Below are positions 17,601-20,000 of a stretch of DNA of 20,000 bases, piece by piece. A program made the position numbers and the translations under genes. The notes below the pieces were generated by a model that was not told where the DNA came from, ran no database searches, and saw nothing but the letters and a program-made list of their open reading frames with translations. How positions within the stretch are numbered: position 1 is the first letter of the stretch; each line of letters starts with the position of its first letter. The stretch lies in IMG/VR virus record IMGVR_UViG_3300031992_000075; one strand, 5' to 3'. Source of the DNA: an uncultured virus (IMG/VR IMGVR_UViG_3300031992_000075). Its lineage: Duplodnaviria > Heunggongvirae > Uroviricota > Caudoviricetes.

Positions 17601-18363
17601 ACTGAAAAACGGCAATTATGGCGTAACAATCGGCGAACTGCCAGAATTTGTTAAGAACTACCCAGATGTAAGGGCAATATTGAACCAAGTTGGTGAGCAT
17701 ACTGATTGGCTTTATGCACAAGGTGTTGTCGTTGGCAACTATGTGAAGATAGACAAAACGGGCTTGCCAGTGCCAGTTGTTGTGTTCTGCGGTGATTGGA
17801 TTGATGGTTCTGCAATTCCATCACCATCACCAAGAAATGGTGTGTATTACTACAATGAATACAATGACATTTCACAACAATACGAGATACACGAAGTTCG
17901 TCATAATGGAGGCCGTTGGCAATGCCTACAACATCAGCCCGTAACAATTGGTGGTGTACAAACATACTTTGAACCAAAATGGAATAGTCCTTATTGGCAA
18001 TTGGTTGATGGCAATGACAACTTAACAATTGAATTTGTTTCGGACAAAGGCTATTCTTTCCGTCGTGGTTATGTTGATACAACCATAACACCACATTTGT
18101 TTTATGGAAATGTTGACATCACGGCTGATGTGGCCGTAGAATATTGGACGTGGACGCGTGAAAGTGAAAGCGGAAAGACGCAAGCGGATGAAACATGGGA
18201 TGCACAACACACAGGATTGGTGACAGGTGTTAAAACACTGAGGCTTACTAACAATGATATGCCGCAAGGATGGTCATCACAAAACAAGGCCATATTCACT
18301 TGTACGGTAGTGGTTAACGATGGAAAGACAACGCGAATTGTAGATAATCAAATAATAAGCTAA
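14605..18363 (+). CDS. Large tail tip protein (Tal/baseplate-hub-like N-terminus fused to fibre-like, carbohydrate-binding-like and Ig-like modules), 1252 aa
   Basis: ATG 14605 (MAENILGRNY). Hub-like motifs FKFGKGVGLK and IVTRIVGYGSERN; coiled coil (~16730-16850); fibre-like segment GWRIDQLGNAEFESARVRSYLEV; Trp-rich VRHNGGRWQCL...EPKWNSPYWQLV; C-terminal Ig-like WTWTRES...FTCTV. Confidence 0.75.
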   Translation: MAENILGRNYTFPIFNADGTAFHGLEIKKSTVESIVMSLGDKITGDVYYRDNTLSVTMQEYIVYNDVKYSLVSPPTIVREGMVADNGELAGMTKYSFTFYHPMYMLGNFVFADIAVPGSDESKYLSQNKTFAWIGTFVEFIAKLNANLKTTEWVVDIAPSVSQETRNKMCDEPLSFDKQYISDALKTCYETWKVPFVITTITDNENDKKFLITFGLPSQEIYEIDEHGQRTNVPFVFKFGKGVGLKNNSRTPKNNKIVTRIVGYGSERNVPFGYPQIVWVGSQSWSYTIGNNPNMPNSYPIYDGIVGGQRVRLIKHPFTRSTLMPSVYSDAVNKKVNPYATGYDPDIEIKDYYDADITYPNPIVLEAPSVEIHQFEDIYPRLGQQAIVSAEPFDTVKQDGSTQTTYVAAFLGSLLVRITTVKNEKEKEALRNLYNAIERVCVSYHDENTGGSYTFKCDVTSDDDYYYIKYTSDNVNYDVVALKEGHTPATEWNDKMNDDGEYIQSYFKIKLPRLSFDLYASAAITKEMTINMRTGACKGCSFPVQVDWEDYVANFYDSNGNFAPNGSQRDLEKYPKSNQQQITVIVQKETDTFGTLMPNIYQQPHSGDEFVVLGISLPTSYISEAESELDDAMMEYMLENNVHYYDYPLKFDEHFLATHTGILEQMQNNNIVHFQYAGVQVNLYIKQITIKFGEKVLPQYDITLTDDIEIVLNQIGQVTDDVSRLRVQLSELQKYYSESVVSEINNKLSRVQDDVSQGRITFQQGLDAIGSVIFHDELRSPQFETGLYDGRGWRIDQLGNAEFESARVRSYLEVVELLINRLQAQEGDTLYTDNDQVDKVDRIVDETDGSVSYILSLKEKYDGYVTGQMYGNVLKGIINTLAAKQAGISDESGTSVEADGSNKYYTSWSRVIATHNTDNTLGVNQIRVVLYGDDFVPAGRNFEPCELMTIARWGCVDYSNPEDPDYEEIKASIIRRQRVFMISTTEGRVVKYNGVDAPILKNGNYGVTIGELPEFVKNYPDVRAILNQVGEHTDWLYAQGVVVGNYVKIDKTGLPVPVVVFCGDWIDGSAIPSPSPRNGVYYYNEYNDISQQYEIHEVRHNGGRWQCLQHQPVTIGGVQTYFEPKWNSPYWQLVDGNDNLTIEFVSDKGYSFRRGYVDTTITPHLFYGNVDITADVAVEYWTWTRESESGKTQADETWDAQHTGLVTGVKTLRLTNNDMPQGWSSQNKAIFTCTVVVNDGKTTRIVDNQIIS

Positions 18364-18374
18364 AAATAAAAGGT

Positions 18375-19622
18375 ATGGGAAGAAGATTAAACACATCAAG
18401 ACCAACGGTCATACAGACAATGTTACCAGCATTGTCGGATATGTTTACCGTTCAGCCAAATGACACATTAGAGCAATGGTATTATGTTAATACTGGTGAA
18501 TACAGCCCAGACAGAACACAATTTCCACTACAATTAACACCGACAATAGTATCAGTTGACACAGAGGCAGAGGTGGAATATCACCCCACATTTGCAAATG
18601 TTGTGTGGTACTATTTTGACCCCACAAACAATACGGACTATTCTTCGGACGAGTTTTGGCCTGGACTTCATTGGGTGAGAATTACTGCTGTATCACCGTC
18701 TATAGATGGTGAATTAAATGATTATTTTTGTCCAACCGATAGCAACCCAAATTTCAAACTATATGTTCAAAAAAACATTGCACCTCCATCAGTTGGTAGT
18801 AGTGATGCTGGCCAAAACATCTGTTGTGTTGCAACATACGTTGACCCCCGTGACAGTGGTGTGACAAACCTAGTTCGTGAAACCGTATTGCTCACATCAA
18901 GCAAGCATGCAATAAACACATCATTAAAAATAAATCTGCTTGCACCCACAAAAACCATTTACAATGTTTTGACTTCTGCAAGTTCTTTGTTCTCTTTCCA
19001 AGCGCAAATCTTGAATAGCAAGAATGAAGATGTAACAAGTAGCTATTACATTGAATGGTATGGAAAAGAGAACAATGCTACCACAGAAAGCCTTATTAAT
19101 AGCTTGCATTGCTATAGAAAGGCCACACAACAAGCATCAAAGGGGCAAGGCACTGACACAATAACCTTGGATGCAATGTACACCGAGAACATTACCATTG
19201 TATGCAAAGTTAAGGAGACATCTACATCACCGATACTACCAGCAGTAGCATATTGTTCTTTGGTGTGGGAATTTCCACGTATTGACCCGCATACGATATG
19301 CAACAATGGTAGTGTTGTCAATGCTGCACAACGCAACATGACATTCACAAACATTGTCAATTACAAGGGTGGCGTTCTCACTGATGCACAAAAGGCCGAA
19401 CACTTGTTGTTTAACTATAAACGTCGTGTGTCTACGGCATCATCATACACCGATATGGGGTGGGGTCAAAGCCTAACCGTTCCAAGCAACGACTTAAAAC
19501 AGACATCATCTTATTCAACACCAGTGCATGCAGAGGTGTATATGCTTGGGGCTTATGATGTTGTAACGGATGATGGTTCGCCTGTTACGGATGACAACGA
19601 ATTGGTATTTGATAGATTATAA
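18375..19622 (+). CDS. Putative tail/structural protein with tandem beta-sandwich (Ig-like) domains, 415 aa
   Basis: Beta-rich S/T-rich sequence with repeated W...C spacing (VVWY...ICCVA; IEWY...IVCKV); follows the tail tip gene. Confidence 0.55.
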   Translation: MGRRLNTSRPTVIQTMLPALSDMFTVQPNDTLEQWYYVNTGEYSPDRTQFPLQLTPTIVSVDTEAEVEYHPTFANVVWYYFDPTNNTDYSSDEFWPGLHWVRITAVSPSIDGELNDYFCPTDSNPNFKLYVQKNIAPPSVGSSDAGQNICCVATYVDPRDSGVTNLVRETVLLTSSKHAINTSLKINLLAPTKTIYNVLTSASSLFSFQAQILNSKNEDVTSSYYIEWYGKENNATTESLINSLHCYRKATQQASKGQGTDTITLDAMYTENITIVCKVKETSTSPILPAVAYCSLVWEFPRIDPHTICNNGSVVNAAQRNMTFTNIVNYKGGVLTDAQKAEHLLFNYKRRVSTASSYTDMGWGQSLTVPSNDLKQTSSYSTPVHAEVYMLGAYDVVTDDGSPVTDDNELVFDRL

Positions 19623-19640
19623 ACAAAAAAACAAAAAACT

Positions 19641-20000
19641 ATGTTAGAAACAGCAATTTATCTCGTCACAAAAGAAATCGCCTTACGCTGTGGGCTTATA
19701 GATAGCCGTTACCGTGTTGCTGATGGACGATTTGTGTTGAACAATCGTGACCTTGCGCGTGTGCGTTTTACGCCAGACGAATACATCAATGGTTTGGCTG
19801 GCGTGGAAAAAATAACACATGACGAGGCAAAAACTCTTATTCGTCAAAACAAGTATCGTTTAGGCTATGATGTAAAAGAGGAAGAAAACGCAAATGAAAT
19901 CACAACCACTGATGAGGTTGCAACCACCGAACAAGAACAGGTGGAGCAAGAGAACGATAAGAACAATGAAGTTAACGAAACAATAGAAATAGAGGAGGAA
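19641..20000 (+). CDS. Hypothetical phage protein, truncated at window edge (at least 120 aa) with acidic C-terminal region
   Basis: ATG at 19641 after an A-rich leader; open to the window end (MLETAIYLVTKEIALRCGLIDSRYRVADGRFVLNNRDL...EEENANEITTTDEVATTEQEQVEQE...). Not in the ORF track. Confidence 0.75.
   Translation, partial: MLETAIYLVTKEIALRCGLIDSRYRVADGRFVLNNRDLARVRFTPDEYINGLAGVEKITHDEAKTLIRQNKYRLGYDVKEEENANEITTTDEVATTEQEQVEQENDKNNEVNETIEIEEE

Larger units (their letters stand above)
1..20000. mobile_element. Tailed phage (Caudoviricetes, siphovirus-like) head-tail-packaging-lysis region; phage or prophage, probable Bacteroidota host
   Basis: Densely packed genes with terminase, portal, capsid, tail, tape measure and lysis signatures; no host housekeeping genes. 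No integrase or att site is in the window, so free phage and prophage cannot be told apart. Confidence 0.95.

Noticed and set aside
19203..19212. Antisense TAACTTTGCA (-7-like box) inside the 415-aa gene
   Set aside because: No -33 TTTG at proper spacing and no credible downstream gene on that strand; likely chance.
1..20000. CRISPR array, tRNA/rRNA genes, introns/inteins, DGR repeats, integrase/att sites, defence genes
   Set aside because: None seen: intergenic gaps are too short, terminase and capsid genes are uninterrupted and of normal size, and I noticed no long repeats or reverse transcriptase by eye.

Overview
The whole window is the virion morphogenesis and lysis region of a tailed dsDNA phage or prophage with siphovirus-like tail genes. 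The host is most likely in Bacteroidota, judged from TAnnTTTG promoter boxes and A-rich leaders that lack Shine-Dalgarno sites. Two operons diverge from a ~207-bp intergenic region at 9490-9696. The leftward (- strand) operon runs scaffold, head decoration, major capsid, adaptor, closure, gp10-like neck, tail terminator, major tail protein, intrinsic terminator, tail chaperone G/GT, and a tape measure gene cut by the window edge (missing from the ORF track). The rightward (+ strand) operon runs large terminase, portal, holin-like protein, amidase endolysin, u-spanin, a 1252-aa tail tip/fibre protein, a 415-aa tail protein and a truncated ORF. Four signals stand out: (1) a complete -1 frameshift cassette (U_UUU_UUA, 7-nt spacer, UACG-capped hairpin); (2) a well-spaced AGAAAGGA Shine-Dalgarno site before only the two highest-copy virion genes; (3) a 24-bp motif, 20/24 identical, shared by the two divergent promoters; (4) a consensus promoter hidden in the spanin transmembrane coding sequence. 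All product calls rest on motifs and gene order read by eye; no database search was run.
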